From NCBI GenBank assembly GCA_965541585.1, contig CBEUCH010000001.1, positions 1 through 64,000 of the forward strand: a DNA stretch of 64,000 bases, read 5' to 3'. Positions 19,513 to 29,411 of the stretch are shown piece after piece. The stretch's first letter is position 1; each line of letters starts with the position of its first letter. This stretch comes from an uncultured bacterium. Its GTDB lineage: Bacteria > Zixibacteria > MSB-5A5 > UBA10806. The notes beneath the pieces are model-generated. The model was not told where the DNA came from. It saw only the letters and a program-made list of their open reading frames with translations, and did not search any database. A program made the position numbers and the translations under genes.

Positions 19513-20109
19513 GTGAAAAAGGCATTTATTATTCTGCTGGGCGCCACGATTCTGCTGGGCTGTGGATCATCGCGGAAGGTTACTCGTCTGGAGAGCGATA
19601 CGGTCACGGATCTCAGCGGCAAATGGAACGACACGGATTCCCGCCTGGTTGCCGAAGAGATGATCTTAGACTGCCTTTCGAGGCCCTGGATTATGGATTT
19701 CGTAGCGGTAGCCGGTGAAAAGCCCGTGGTGACAATCGGCACGGTCCGCAATCTTTCCAACGAGCATATCAGCACGGAGACATTCACCACCGATATGGAG
19801 CGGCAGCTTATCAATTCCGGCCAGGTGAGATTTGTGGCCAGCCGTGATCAGAGACAGGAGATGCGGATGGAGAGAGGCGAACAGCAAGAATACGCCTCGG
19901 ACGAGACGGTCAAGAGGATGGCAGAGGAAACCGGATCAGACTTTCTGGTGCAGGGCTCAATAAAGACCATCGTCGACCAGATCAAGGGTACAAGAGTGGT
20001 ATACTACCAGACTGATCTCGAGATGATCAATGTCGAGTCTAACGAGAAGGTCTGGATCGGATCCAAAAAAATAAAGAAAGAGATCTCCAAGAAAAGCACC
20101 AAATGGTAA
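19513..20109 (+). CDS. LpoB-family lipoprotein (penicillin-binding protein activator-like)
   Basis: Lipobox LLGC; VTDLSGKWNDTDSRLVAEEMI motif; AAGGAGG RBS with GTG start. Confidence 0.8.
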   Translation: MKKAFIILLGATILLGCGSSRKVTRLESDTVTDLSGKWNDTDSRLVAEEMILDCLSRPWIMDFVAVAGEKPVVTIGTVRNLSNEHISTETFTTDMERQLINSGQVRFVASRDQRQEMRMERGEQQEYASDETVKRMAEETGSDFLVQGSIKTIVDQIKGTRVVYYQTDLEMINVESNEKVWIGSKKIKKEISKKSTKW

Positions 20110-21500
20110 ACTATAGATCCGCCGGTAATGCCCTCCGGGTGTTACTGCCGCTGGCGGTTATCTATAGCTGCGGTGCTGTAGCTACCAGGACGAAGTTCCA
20201 CGAGCCGATAGCAGAGGAGCTTCAATCGGGAAATTACGATCTGGCCGTCAACGGGATCGAGGCAGCCAGGGCGAAGGGTAAATACGGCGAAAAAGATCGC
20301 CTTCTGTATTATCTGGATTCCGGCATGATTAACCATTATGCCGGGTATCTGGATACCAGCAACGTGAGGCTCTCCTCGGCCGAGGATGCCGCCGATGAGC
20401 TGTTTACAAAGAGTATATCCCGGGCGGCGGCCTCTATGGCTCTCAATGACAACGTTCTGGAATATGCCGGAGAGGATCACGAAATCCTGTATACCAACCT
20501 CATAATGGCCCTGAATTACATCTCCCTCGACGAATTCGATGAGGCTTTCGTTGAAATCCGAAGGGCGAACGAGAAACTGGAGCTTTTAGAACAGAAATAC
20601 GACCTGGCAGCCGAGGAATTCAATACCGCGACCGGGGATGAAGAAGATGTTGAAATCGATTATGAAGCCGCCAAGGTCAGGTTCAACAATGATGCTTTCG
20701 CCCGTTATCTGAGTATGAGAATATATGCAGCCGAGGGCAAGATGGATGACGCAAGGATAGACTTCGATTGGCTTCTCAACGCATTTGAAACCCAGCCGCA
20801 CATCTATGATTTCGATCCGCCGGATGTGAAAATGGCAGCTGATGGCGGGGCGCTATTAAGCGTGGTCGGGCTGACCGGGCTGGCACCGGTCAAGGAGGCC
20901 TTGAATCTAAGAATCAGAACCGATAAGGACCTGGACCTGGTGCAGGTGCTCTACACCGATTCGGAGAGGAAAGATGTCGAATACGGGCATCTTCCCATTC
21001 CGGTAAGCGCGGATTATTATTTCAAATTCGCTATACCGAAACTGGTGCCGCGATCCTCGGTAGTAAGCAGGATCGAGATCCTGATCAATGGTAAACTTAT
21101 TGGCGAACTCCAGCTAATTGAGGATATATCCCTTGTGGCTGGCGAGACCTTCAAGGCCAAGAGCTCTTTGATCTATCTGCGTACGGTGGCGCGAGCGGTG
21201 GCCAAAGGGCTGGCGGCGCACAAACTCAAGGTCAAGGCCGATACCGGCGGGCTGGAAGGCTGGCTGAAGAAAGCGGCGGTGGATGTCGCCACGGATCTCT
21301 CTGAAAATGCCGATCTGCGCTGCGCGCGATATCTGCCGGGCAAAATATTCATAGGTGATTTCGAGATCGAACCCGGCGTATATGATCTGGGGATAAGGAT
21401 CATTGATTGGGATGGTGCGGAAATCGAACATATATTTATTCCGGAGTATCATATCAGAAAACAGGAGCTAAACCTGGTGGAGGCCATCTGCCTTAAATAA
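20103..21500 (+). CDS. COG3014-like lipoprotein (TPR-like)
   Basis: Lipobox-like IYSC; LLYYLDSG, YAGEDHE, ADLRC..LP motifs; overlaps the lpoB-like stop, a usual pairing. Confidence 0.7.
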   Translation: MVNYRSAGNALRVLLPLAVIYSCGAVATRTKFHEPIAEELQSGNYDLAVNGIEAARAKGKYGEKDRLLYYLDSGMINHYAGYLDTSNVRLSSAEDAADELFTKSISRAAASMALNDNVLEYAGEDHEILYTNLIMALNYISLDEFDEAFVEIRRANEKLELLEQKYDLAAEEFNTATGDEEDVEIDYEAAKVRFNNDAFARYLSMRIYAAEGKMDDARIDFDWLLNAFETQPHIYDFDPPDVKMAADGGALLSVVGLTGLAPVKEALNLRIRTDKDLDLVQVLYTDSERKDVEYGHLPIPVSADYYFKFAIPKLVPRSSVVSRIEILINGKLIGELQLIEDISLVAGETFKAKSSLIYLRTVARAVAKGLAAHKLKVKADTGGLEGWLKKAAVDVATDLSENADLRCARYLPGKIFIGDFEIEPGVYDLGIRIIDWDGAEIEHIFIPEYHIRKQELNLVEAICLK

Positions 21501-21751
21501 GTATTTGACGGCCCGGGATGAGGGGGCGTCATCGCAAGTGTATCGGGCTATCCCAAAGTTCAATTCCAATTCAGCATACGTATAAGTAGTGGTGAGAAGA
21601 TTCTAAATAAAATTGCAGGATCGATCTTGGTATAAAAGCTGATTGAATCATATTTCTATCGAAGTTTAGCACTTGACCATTCCTTGTGAATCTGATACGC
21701 TTATTCAAATTTAACTGTTCAATCGCCAACCCTTCAGGAGAGGGATTGAAT

Positions 21752-22363
21752 ATGCCAAAGCAAATTGATCGCGAGAAGAAAAGAGACCTGATATTGCAGG
21801 CCGCAATGCGGTTGTTCGCCAGAAGCGGAATAGAGAATACCAAAATGGAGGACGTGGCTAAAGCAGCCGGCATTGCCAAGGGAACGATTTATGAATATTT
21901 CAAGAATCGTGAAGAACTTCTGCATCTGTCTTTCAATTACCTGCTTGTTTTGATGAACAAGCTGGTGCGGCAACGGATGTCGGAGACGGAGGGCCCCGAG
22001 GAGAAAATCAGGGCCGGTTTCCTTGCATATCTGGACGTTGGATCATTACAAACAGAGGATTTTGTAGAGATCCTGCCAGACCTCTGGTCGCACGGTTTAC
22101 GGAAGAAGGAGAGCGATGGCGATCTTGAATTCGACCTGGTATGGATATACCATCAATACCGTGAACAGTTCGGTAACGCTCTGAAGCAGGGGATTATAGC
22201 CGGCCGGTTTCGCGAAATCGATACCGCGGCTACGGCATCGGCGATAATAGCCGCGGGCGACGGTTTTTATCTGCAATGGATGGCGGATCGGCAGAATTTC
22301 AATCTGAAGAAAGCCTCTGAGGATTTTATAGATACTTTTATAGAGGGAATTAAAAAAATATAA
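21752..22363 (+). CDS. TetR/AcrR family transcriptional regulator
   Basis: ILQAAMRLFARSG...VAKAAGIAKGTIYEYFKNREEL. Confidence 0.92.
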   Translation: MPKQIDREKKRDLILQAAMRLFARSGIENTKMEDVAKAAGIAKGTIYEYFKNREELLHLSFNYLLVLMNKLVRQRMSETEGPEEKIRAGFLAYLDVGSLQTEDFVEILPDLWSHGLRKKESDGDLEFDLVWIYHQYREQFGNALKQGIIAGRFREIDTAATASAIIAAGDGFYLQWMADRQNFNLKKASEDFIDTFIEGIKKI

Positions 22364-22422
22364 AAGGCGCCGGCTCTGGAACGGACCAGGGCAGAAACCC
22401 CGGATTTTATCTTAGATTCACA

Positions 22423-23139
22423 TTAAGGGAAGATCACTCTCTCCTTCGCATGACCGATTTCTATGAGCTTTTTCCGCAGATCGAGTTGCATCATGGGCGG
22501 GCCGCAGGCGAATATCACAGTATCGTCGGACGGTCCCGGGAGTTTGTCTTTCATCAACTCGGAATCGATCCTGCCAACGCCCATCTCCCAACCGTCCGGA
22601 GCCTTAGTGACGACGTAATATCGTCTGAAATTATCATATTGATCGGCATAACGGTCAAATTCGTCTTTGAGGATGATATCGCCAATAGTCTTGTTGGCGA
22701 ATAGCAATGACATCTCCACGTCGATGTCTTGTTTGAGGATGGTCCTTATCATCGAGATCATGGGGGTGATACCGGTGCCACCGGCAACCATGCCGACCCT
22801 TCCGGCCATTCCTTCCTCGAAATGACCCCCCTCATGGGGACCGCTCATCCAGACCTCATCATCGTACTTCCTGTCATGCATGAATCCTGAGACCAATCCA
22901 TCGGGATACCGCTTAATTATCAATTCGAAATGATCCTCTGTGTCCGGCGTTGACGTAGGGGTGTAGGGTCTGAAGTCAAGCGGCCGGTTTCTATCGGGAT
23001 ATACCTTCACATGATCACCCGGCAGGAGGTCAAAGGAGGTGTTTTCGGGTAGTTCGAACCTGAACAGTTTGGTATCGTGCGTTAAGTTGACAATATCTAT
23101 GACGCGGAATGCAGATATATCGGATTTATTGTCGTCCAT
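22423..23139 (-). CDS. FAD/NAD(P)-binding oxidoreductase, cytochrome b5 reductase-like
   Basis: RPYTP, G..S, AGGTGITPM, CGPPMM. Confidence 0.85.
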   Translation of the reverse strand: MDDNKSDISAFRVIDIVNLTHDTKLFRFELPENTSFDLLPGDHVKVYPDRNRPLDFRPYTPTSTPDTEDHFELIIKRYPDGLVSGFMHDRKYDDEVWMSGPHEGGHFEEGMAGRVGMVAGGTGITPMISMIRTILKQDIDVEMSLLFANKTIGDIILKDEFDRYADQYDNFRRYYVVTKAPDGWEMGVGRIDSELMKDKLPGPSDDTVIFACGPPMMQLDLRKKLIEIGHAKERVIFP

Positions 23140-23154
23140 ATCGATTCTGACAGT

Positions 23155-24336
23155 CTAATTATCGCAGACCTGCCGGAATACCCGCATGAAATTTCCGCCG
23201 AGTATCTTCTTGATATCATCATCAGAGTAGCCCCGGGTCACAAGCCCATTGGTGATATTCGGCATCAGCGAGCAGTCGTCGATCCCCTCGGGCATGCGGT
23301 GGACGCCATCGTAGTCGGAGCCGAGCCCCACATGATCCGGCCCGACGAGTCTGACGATATGATCGATGTGGTCTAAGACAATATTAACGTCAATATTGAG
23401 CGAGTCGACGATCTTGTTGAATTCGGCGTAAAACGGCCGCATAGCCTCTCTCCGCTCGTTATAATCGGGATATAGTGCTTTGAATGAGTCTATCTCGGTT
23501 TTGTGTTCTTTGTCAAAAGCCTTGTCAAGTTCGTAGAATTCTTTTGAAAGATAACCGGTATAGAAATTTATCCCGATCACGCCGCCGTTAGCGGCGATTG
23601 CTTTTATCTGATTGTCAGTTAAGTTTCTATCGTGCGGGCATATTTCATGGACACAGGAGTGAGAGGCGATGACCGGGTCGGATGTGATTTTCAGTATTTC
23701 CTCAACCGCCGTCGGATGAGCGTGGGAGATATCGACTATCATTCCCAGCTCGTTCATCATTCGCACGACATCGCGGCCGAAATCGGTCAGGCCGTTGAAG
23801 GCCGGTGCTGTATCCGCCGATGATATACACCAATCGTTCGAGGCGGTGTGTGTCAGAGTCAAATATCGGATGCCGCGGTCGTAGAAATGCTGGACGTTGT
23901 CGAGGTCGTTAGCGATGGCTACCCCGTTCTCGATAGCCAGAAGTGCCGCGATACGGCCGCTTTCAATGATATCCTCTGCTTCTTCTGATGTTCTACAGAT
24001 AGCTATCCTGTCGGGGTTACGTGAGATCTGCGCCTCGAGCGAATCGATCAGCTCATCCACCGTCGAACGGCATTCTTTCAGTGGTGTTTTAGTGTCGAGC
24101 CAGCAGGCGAAAGCCTGTAGATCGATTCCACCCTCCTGAAGGCGAGGGATATCCATGTGACCGGTGGTATCGCGCGTGGAGAAATCGAAGCCCTCCTCCA
24201 CCATACGAAGCACGGTGTCGCTGTGCAGGTCAGCGACCAGCGCGTCCCGATGCAGTTTCATCGGGTCGCGGCTTGCTGTTGAGCAGGCCAAAAGCCCTCC
24301 TGTCAAAATCGCAAGGATTGTTATTATTTTTTTCAT
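23155..24336 (-). CDS. Membrane dipeptidase (peptidase M19), lipoprotein
   Basis: Lipobox LLAC; DLHSD, IENG, DISH, ASHS, RNL, GLGSDYDG. Confidence 0.92.
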   Translation of the reverse strand: MKKIITILAILTGGLLACSTASRDPMKLHRDALVADLHSDTVLRMVEEGFDFSTRDTTGHMDIPRLQEGGIDLQAFACWLDTKTPLKECRSTVDELIDSLEAQISRNPDRIAICRTSEEAEDIIESGRIAALLAIENGVAIANDLDNVQHFYDRGIRYLTLTHTASNDWCISSADTAPAFNGLTDFGRDVVRMMNELGMIVDISHAHPTAVEEILKITSDPVIASHSCVHEICPHDRNLTDNQIKAIAANGGVIGINFYTGYLSKEFYELDKAFDKEHKTEIDSFKALYPDYNERREAMRPFYAEFNKIVDSLNIDVNIVLDHIDHIVRLVGPDHVGLGSDYDGVHRMPEGIDDCSLMPNITNGLVTRGYSDDDIKKILGGNFMRVFRQVCDN

Positions 24337-24464
24337 GGTCGGTGTATAATAATTTTGAGAGGGTAAATCAAGCGGAAATCAAAAAACCGCCGATAATCCC
24401 GCCTAATGTAAAATGGGACTCCAAACCTTGTTCAGTGTTTCTTGAGACTATAAAAAAAGTTGCC

Positions 24465-24737
24465 CTAAGCCCTGACCTCTCTTTTCGCCCTGGCAATAAA
24501 GTTATACAGCCAGCCGAATATTACCCCGCCGATGAAACAATCCACGAAAGCCCAGATAAGCCCTATAAAACTCCCGAGCGGTGTTATGGAATAGCCCCGG
24601 TAAATCCGGCTTATAAATACCGGCCCGGCTTGAGCGCCCTCGAAAAGCATGATCCACCAGGTGATGAAGAAAAGCCCCAGGCCGAAGAGAAGCCCCGATG
24701 TTAACCCCAGCGCCCATACATTGAATCGACACGGCAT
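24465..24737 (-). CDS. Small two-TM membrane protein (family often labelled holin-like)
   Basis: Two hydrophobic segments around IYRGYSITPLGSFIG..WAFVD..GG.IFGWLYN; AAGGAG RBS. Confidence 0.6.
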   Translation of the reverse strand: MPCRFNVWALGLTSGLLFGLGLFFITWWIMLFEGAQAGPVFISRIYRGYSITPLGSFIGLIWAFVDCFIGGVIFGWLYNFIARAKREVRA

Positions 24738-24878
24738 GATTTACTCCTTTCAGCGTAAAATGAATATCTTCCCGGATGCAAACTCGTCAGGTTGAATTTA
24801 CTGCTAACAGGTTTATCATACCGCGTGCAAATACAGAGGTCAAACGAAATCGACCGCTCGATGGAGGAAGGGAAATAT

Positions 24879-25118
24879 TCAAGAATCGTCACTTTTCAGC
24901 GATGGCGCCGCCTCCTTCAATCCCTGGAAAAAAGCGGGAATATCGCTTTCGAATATCATGATCCGGTTGCGCTGCCATTCGCCGTCGACCTTGCGAGACT
25001 CGCAGATAGTCAGATACTTATTGCCGTTGGACGCCTCTTTCACGTCAAGGAAGTATGTTCTTCCCTTCGTCTTGATCGTCTTTGTGAAGATCGCCTCTTT
25101 TTGAGTCTGGTCAGCCAT
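24879..25118 (-). CDS. DUF3276 / PUR-domain nucleic-acid-binding protein
   Basis: GRTYFLDVKE..NGNKYLTICESR...RIMIF motif; AAGGAGG RBS. Confidence 0.8.
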   Translation of the reverse strand: MADQTQKEAIFTKTIKTKGRTYFLDVKEASNGNKYLTICESRKVDGEWQRNRIMIFESDIPAFFQGLKEAAPSLKSDDS

Positions 25119-25330
25119 TTTGCCTCCTTTTTTGAAGAAACTCGTCCCTTTGCCTGTTCAAATGTATAGGTAGGGACTGACAGAATCGGTCAGTTTGATT
25201 AGAAAAATATTGGCTCTGGCGAAGTTTTTTGTGTAAAAAAACGTAAGGCATACTTGATGTCCGATATAGGCGGTAGAATTACATGCCAGCACTTATTCTG
25301 ATCTCGGTAAGTCTCTTAAAGGTACCAGAG

Positions 25331-25359
25331 TTGACATTGCTTTTGGACTGTAGTAATAT
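25331..25359 (+). promoter_or_regulatory. Putative sigma70 promoter
   Basis: TTGACA-N17-TAATAT just upstream of the 25368 ORF. Confidence 0.5.
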
Positions 25360-25367
25360 ATGATTAA

Positions 25368-26057
25368 ATGCGACAGTCTGGGACCTTTGTGAAAGTCAGG
25401 GGTCTAAATAGTTTTCAATTTATTGGCTTAACCGCCTTATTTATTCTTATATCCGGGTGCTCCCATGTGGCACACAGGGCAGGCGTAGAGCCCGGCCCAA
25501 ACGTCTCTGTGCTGTATGGTCGCAGCTATGAGAGATACGATCCGCCGCGCCAGTGGGAAGATCCGAGCGAGAAGCTGTCCGGATATGGCCTCTCGGCTCT
25601 TCAGGTTAACTGGGGACACGCCTGGAGGCTAAAGAACGGGGATAAATTCTTGTTGCAGGGAGTCTTTGCTCCTATTCAGTCGACTCCTTATTTCTTGCCG
25701 TCTCTCGATATGTACTGGCAGTTCAGTTCGCAGCCGCAATATTCGGACGGGGGGTTTGGCACGATTCTGGGGCTCGATCCGATGCTCTACTTCCTCTGGG
25801 GGCGGGATTTCATCGGAAGGTACAATGGCAAATTCAGCAGCGGTGTTGATGTTGGAATGGGGATTGCGGCAGGTTGGTCGTTCCTGGGTCAAGTAACATG
25901 GTCTGTTAAATATGGGAGCATGCAGGCTGGCATTGGTGCAGAATACAGGTATTATACGCAGGTCCTGAATCTGTGTGTCGACAATTGCGGCTACGACGCT
26001 TATATCAGAACCCGCTGGGTTTTCAGCATCATAATTACTCGGCTGCCATCGAACTGA
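25368..26057 (+). CDS. Hypothetical lipoprotein, possibly outer-membrane beta-barrel
   Basis: Lipobox-like LISGC; Gly/aromatic alternating strands. Confidence 0.5.
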   Translation: MRQSGTFVKVRGLNSFQFIGLTALFILISGCSHVAHRAGVEPGPNVSVLYGRSYERYDPPRQWEDPSEKLSGYGLSALQVNWGHAWRLKNGDKFLLQGVFAPIQSTPYFLPSLDMYWQFSSQPQYSDGGFGTILGLDPMLYFLWGRDFIGRYNGKFSSGVDVGMGIAAGWSFLGQVTWSVKYGSMQAGIGAEYRYYTQVLNLCVDNCGYDAYIRTRWVFSIIITRLPSN

Positions 26058-26254
26058 CTATATCTGTTATGAGGGATACCATTTCATAAAAAAGTCCATC
26101 TACTGACGTCGACTCTCCGCAATCAATGGCATCATAGCTGTTTGCCTCAGTATGGAAGCTATAGGGCCAATACTGCGAAATATCCTGCCCAAGAATGCTC
26201 TTGCAATAACCTGAACCATCTGATATTTTGATTTGCGGTATGGAGCGGAAAAAC

Positions 26255-26327
26255 GGGGCAGTAGCTCAGTTGGGAGAGCGGTACGTTCGCAACGTACAGG
26301 TCAGCGGTTCGATCCCGCTCTGCTCCA
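26255..26327 (+). tRNA. tRNA-Ala(CGC)
   Basis: GGGGCAG/CTGCTCC acceptor stem with G3:U70, anticodon arm GTACG-TTCGCAA-CGTAC, GGTTCGATCC T-arm; CCA not encoded; TTGCAA-N17-TATTTT promoter candidate at 26201-26229. Confidence 0.95.
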
Positions 26328-26335
26328 TTAGGATT

Positions 26336-26623
26336 GTCGTGCTAGGCGGGGAGTTAGCGGTGCCCTGTAACCCGGAATCCGCTATACCGGGGCTGAATCC
26401 CCACCGGCGGTCCAGTTGACCGGGATCTTCGTCCGGCCGGAAGCGACCAATCCCGCCATAGGTGGGATAAAGGGTCAGGTCCCGCGCAACGGCCGGCCGC
26501 CTAACCCCGTCAGGACCGGAAGGTAGCAGCGGTAAGCGGCAGCGGCGTGTGCCGTGGGGTAATCTGGCCCAAGCGGAAGATCGGAACGAATTCTCGGATA
26601 GACGGAACAACGGTGGGTGCACG
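26336..26623 (+). ncRNA. ffs: Signal recognition particle RNA, large bacterial (Alu-containing) type
   Basis: 5' Alu-like GTGCTAGGCGGGGAGTTAGCGGTGCCCTGTAACCCG..ATCCGCT; helix 8 GTCAGGACCGGAAGGTAGCAGC; 3' GGGTGCACG closes with the 5' end; classic position upstream of dnaX. Ends approximate. Confidence 0.9.
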
Positions 26624-26649
26624 TTTAATTTTTGCAATAGAGATTTGAA

Positions 26650-28317
26650 ATGTCATACTTAGCTTTAGCCAGAAGATACCGTCCCGGTGATTTCGACACC
26701 ATAATGAGCCAGCATCATATCACCACGACCTTGAAAAATGCCGTCACCTCGGGACGGATTTCCCACGCTTACCTGTTCTGCGGGCCGCGCGGCACCGGCA
26801 AGACAACCACCGCCAGGGTTCTCGCCAAAGCCCTCAATTGCGAGAAGGGGCCTACCCCGGAGCCCTGCGGTGAATGCACCGTCTGCAAGGAGATTACGAA
26901 AGGCTCATCCCCTGACGTTTTCGAGATCGATGCCGCCTCCAACCGGGGTATCGACGATATCCGGGAGCTCAGGGAGAACGTTCGCTATAGTCCGGTGGGG
27001 GGGCGATACAAGATATATATCATCGATGAGATCCACCGACTCACCAGGGAAGCGTTCGATGCCCTTTTGAAGACACTGGAGGAACCGCCGTCGCATGTCA
27101 TTTTCATCTTCGCAACCACTGATCCGCAGGCTCTGCCGGCCACCATATTATCGAGAACCCAGCGCTACGATTTCAAAAGAATACCGGTTTCTGCCCTGGC
27201 GGAGGCGGTGAATTCGGTAGCTCACAAGGAGGGCCTGTCTATCGATCCCAATGCGGCGCTGCTTGTGGCTAAAAAAGCCGACGGTTCTCTAAGGGATGCT
27301 CTATCACTTCTAGACCAGCTTTCGAGCTTCAGTGATTCAAATATAGATATGGAGAGGGCCGCGGAGGTCCTGGGACTGGTTAAGACGGATCTACTGTATG
27401 GGATTGCTCAATCCATAATCAATCATGAGGCGGCGGAGGCGCTGGCACACTTAAGCGAATTCACGAAATCGGGGGGAGATCCTCCGGAGCTGGCCGGGGC
27501 CCTGTCTGGATATATACGCAATCTTCTTCTGATAAGAAACGGGGTCGATGATACTGAAATACTGGAACTCGATAAAGCGGAAATGGAAAAGGCTAATAAG
27601 CTGGTCGCTGATGTCGATCCTGTTGATCTCTTGCGATATTTCACGGCCCTGGCAGATTATAGATCGTCTGTCAGGCAAGGGCAAGATCCTGTGTTTACCC
27701 TGGAAACCGCGGTGGTGAAGATGGCAGCCATGGACCGGGCTGTTTCGCTGGAAGAGCTTTTGAGGGGCACGCAGATGCACTCAACATCGAGGGGATCAAG
27801 TGCGGGACACTCTCGGAATACCCCGGTAGTATCAGGGCAAAGAGATTCCAATAAGGCAAGAAGACCCGCTACCGATACGAATTCTACTGCAAGCGATACA
27901 CCTCCGGAAACGACTCCGAAGCGAAAACGAACCGGCGGATCGCATACCCTGGAGACGATTTCGGCTGAATGGGATGATTTCTGTAAGTTTGTTTTCAAAA
28001 GAGACAAGGCGATTTTTGCGCATCTGGGCATGTGCAGGCCTTCTTCATTCGATGACGGCCTTTTGACCATAACGGTAAACGGCAACGGTAATTTTCAATA
28101 CGAGCAGCTATCCAGACCGGGCAGGAAAACATCGCTGGAGTCCCTGCTCGAAGATTACTTCTCGCCGGGCCTTAAATTGAAACTGCTTGCAGGTTCATCA
28201 CCGGCGGAGAATCAGGTTTCTCCGGCCGTCAATCGGGAATCCGGGAAGATATTTGAAGGATCACCTGTTGTGAAAAAATTGTTTGATCTTCTGGGAGGGG
28301 AGATTATCGGACAATGA
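26650..28317 (+). CDS. dnaX: DNA polymerase III subunit gamma/tau
   Basis: LARRYRP, GPRGTGKT, CGECTVC, EIDAASN, IIDEIH, LLKTLEEPP, GSLRDALS. Confidence 0.97.
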   Translation: MSYLALARRYRPGDFDTIMSQHHITTTLKNAVTSGRISHAYLFCGPRGTGKTTTARVLAKALNCEKGPTPEPCGECTVCKEITKGSSPDVFEIDAASNRGIDDIRELRENVRYSPVGGRYKIYIIDEIHRLTREAFDALLKTLEEPPSHVIFIFATTDPQALPATILSRTQRYDFKRIPVSALAEAVNSVAHKEGLSIDPNAALLVAKKADGSLRDALSLLDQLSSFSDSNIDMERAAEVLGLVKTDLLYGIAQSIINHEAAEALAHLSEFTKSGGDPPELAGALSGYIRNLLLIRNGVDDTEILELDKAEMEKANKLVADVDPVDLLRYFTALADYRSSVRQGQDPVFTLETAVVKMAAMDRAVSLEELLRGTQMHSTSRGSSAGHSRNTPVVSGQRDSNKARRPATDTNSTASDTPPETTPKRKRTGGSHTLETISAEWDDFCKFVFKRDKAIFAHLGMCRPSSFDDGLLTITVNGNGNFQYEQLSRPGRKTSLESLLEDYFSPGLKLKLLAGSSPAENQVSPAVNRESGKIFEGSPVVKKLFDLLGGEIIGQ

Positions 28318-28377
28318 TAGGTTTAAGAGGAGCAAAGGATGCACGATTATTTTTTACGACTAATAAGAGGAGCTTAC

Positions 28378-28695
28378 ATGGCTAAGGGAATGGGCGAGTT
28401 AATGAAGCAGATGCAGGCGATGCAGGCCAGGATGGAGCAGATGCAGGAGGAACTCGCCGACAAGAAGATCGAGGCCTCATCGGGTGGCGGCATGGTCAGG
28501 GTAGTGGCCAACGGGAAGCAGGATATTCTCGAAATAAAGATCGACCCGGAGGTTGTGAATCCTGACGATGTCGAGATGCTGGAGGAATTGATTCTGGCGG
28601 CAGTGAATCAAGCCAAGGAGAAGGCCGGCGAGCTCCAGATGGAAGGACTTTCAGGATTGACCGGCGGGCTGAAGATCCCGGGATTGCCCTTTTAG
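28378..28695 (+). CDS. ybaB: YbaB/EbfC nucleoid-associated protein
   Basis: GGGMVRV, DDVEMLEELILAAVNQA; dnaX-ybaB-recR synteny. Confidence 0.95.
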   Translation: MAKGMGELMKQMQAMQARMEQMQEELADKKIEASSGGGMVRVVANGKQDILEIKIDPEVVNPDDVEMLEELILAAVNQAKEKAGELQMEGLSGLTGGLKIPGLPF

Positions 28696-28699
28696 GCGT

Positions 28700-29290
28700 A
28701 TGTCAAAGGCCCTGGATGAATTAATAGAGGCCTTTTCCTCTCTGCCGGGGATCGGCAAGAAGAGCGCGGCCCGGCTGGCTTTCCATCTGTTGAAAAAACC
28801 GGTAGAGGAGTCGGAGGAGATTGCAAAGCGGATAATAAACGCCCGTCGCAAGCTCAAAGCCTGCTCCGTATGCGGGAATCTTGCCGAGGTCGATCTGTGT
28901 GATATATGCGCGGATAAGTCCCGCTCGAGATCGCTTATATGTGTTGTGGAGGAACCTTCGGACGTCTCCGCTATCGAATCTACAAATGAGTTCAGGGGTT
29001 CCTACCATGTTCTGGGAGGCGTTCTGTCTCCCCTCGATGGTATCGGACCGGAGAATCTGAATATAGACTCTCTTAAGAACAGGCTTAAAGAGGGTATCAC
29101 CGAGATAATACTGGCGACCAATCCTTCCACAGAGGGTGATGCCACCGCTACCTATTTGACATCCGTCTTGAAGCGTAAAGGGATCAGGATAACGCGTATT
29201 GCTCGGGGATTACCGGCGGGGGGATCTCTTGAGTTTGCAGATAAGACTACTCTGGCCAGGGCCCTGGAAAACCGAACCCCCATGGAATAG
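28700..29290 (+). CDS. recR: Recombination mediator RecR
   Basis: LPGIGKKSAARLA HhH, C4 zinc finger, YHVLGGVLSPLDGIGP, Toprim domain. Confidence 0.97.
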   Translation: MSKALDELIEAFSSLPGIGKKSAARLAFHLLKKPVEESEEIAKRIINARRKLKACSVCGNLAEVDLCDICADKSRSRSLICVVEEPSDVSAIESTNEFRGSYHVLGGVLSPLDGIGPENLNIDSLKNRLKEGITEIILATNPSTEGDATATYLTSVLKRKGIRITRIARGLPAGGSLEFADKTTLARALENRTPME

Positions 29291-29328
29291 AGATTCAAAT
29301 CCTCGCTCCGGGATTCCGCAAAATGAAA

Positions 29329-29363
29329 CGGCCTCTATCCCGGAGGGAAGAGGATAGAGGCCG
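29329..29363. terminator. Hairpin between convergent genes (putative terminator)
   Basis: CGGCCTCTATCC...GGATAGAGGCCG inverted repeat; A-run upstream gives a U-tail on the minus strand. Confidence 0.6.
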
Positions 29364-29411
29364 ATTCGGGAAACTCAGGAACAGTTTTTCAACAGACCCT
29401 GATATAGATCA

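Noticed and set aside
24465..24737. Prophage suggested by the holin-like gene
   Set aside because: No endolysin, structural, integrase or other phage genes nearby; the neighbours are housekeeping genes
26255..26327. tRNA-anchored integrated element
   Set aside because: No integrase and no duplicated tRNA 3' end seen; core genes follow directly
26228..26637. ORFs 26228..26419 (+) and 26266..26637 (-)
   Set aside because: They are shadows of the tRNA-Ala and SRP RNA genes
27268..27280. dnaX programmed -1 frameshift at AAAAAAG
   Set aside because: The heptamer is read AAA-AAA-G (wrong phase for A-AAA-AAG) and lies near codon 207, inside the clamp-loader core rather than after domain III
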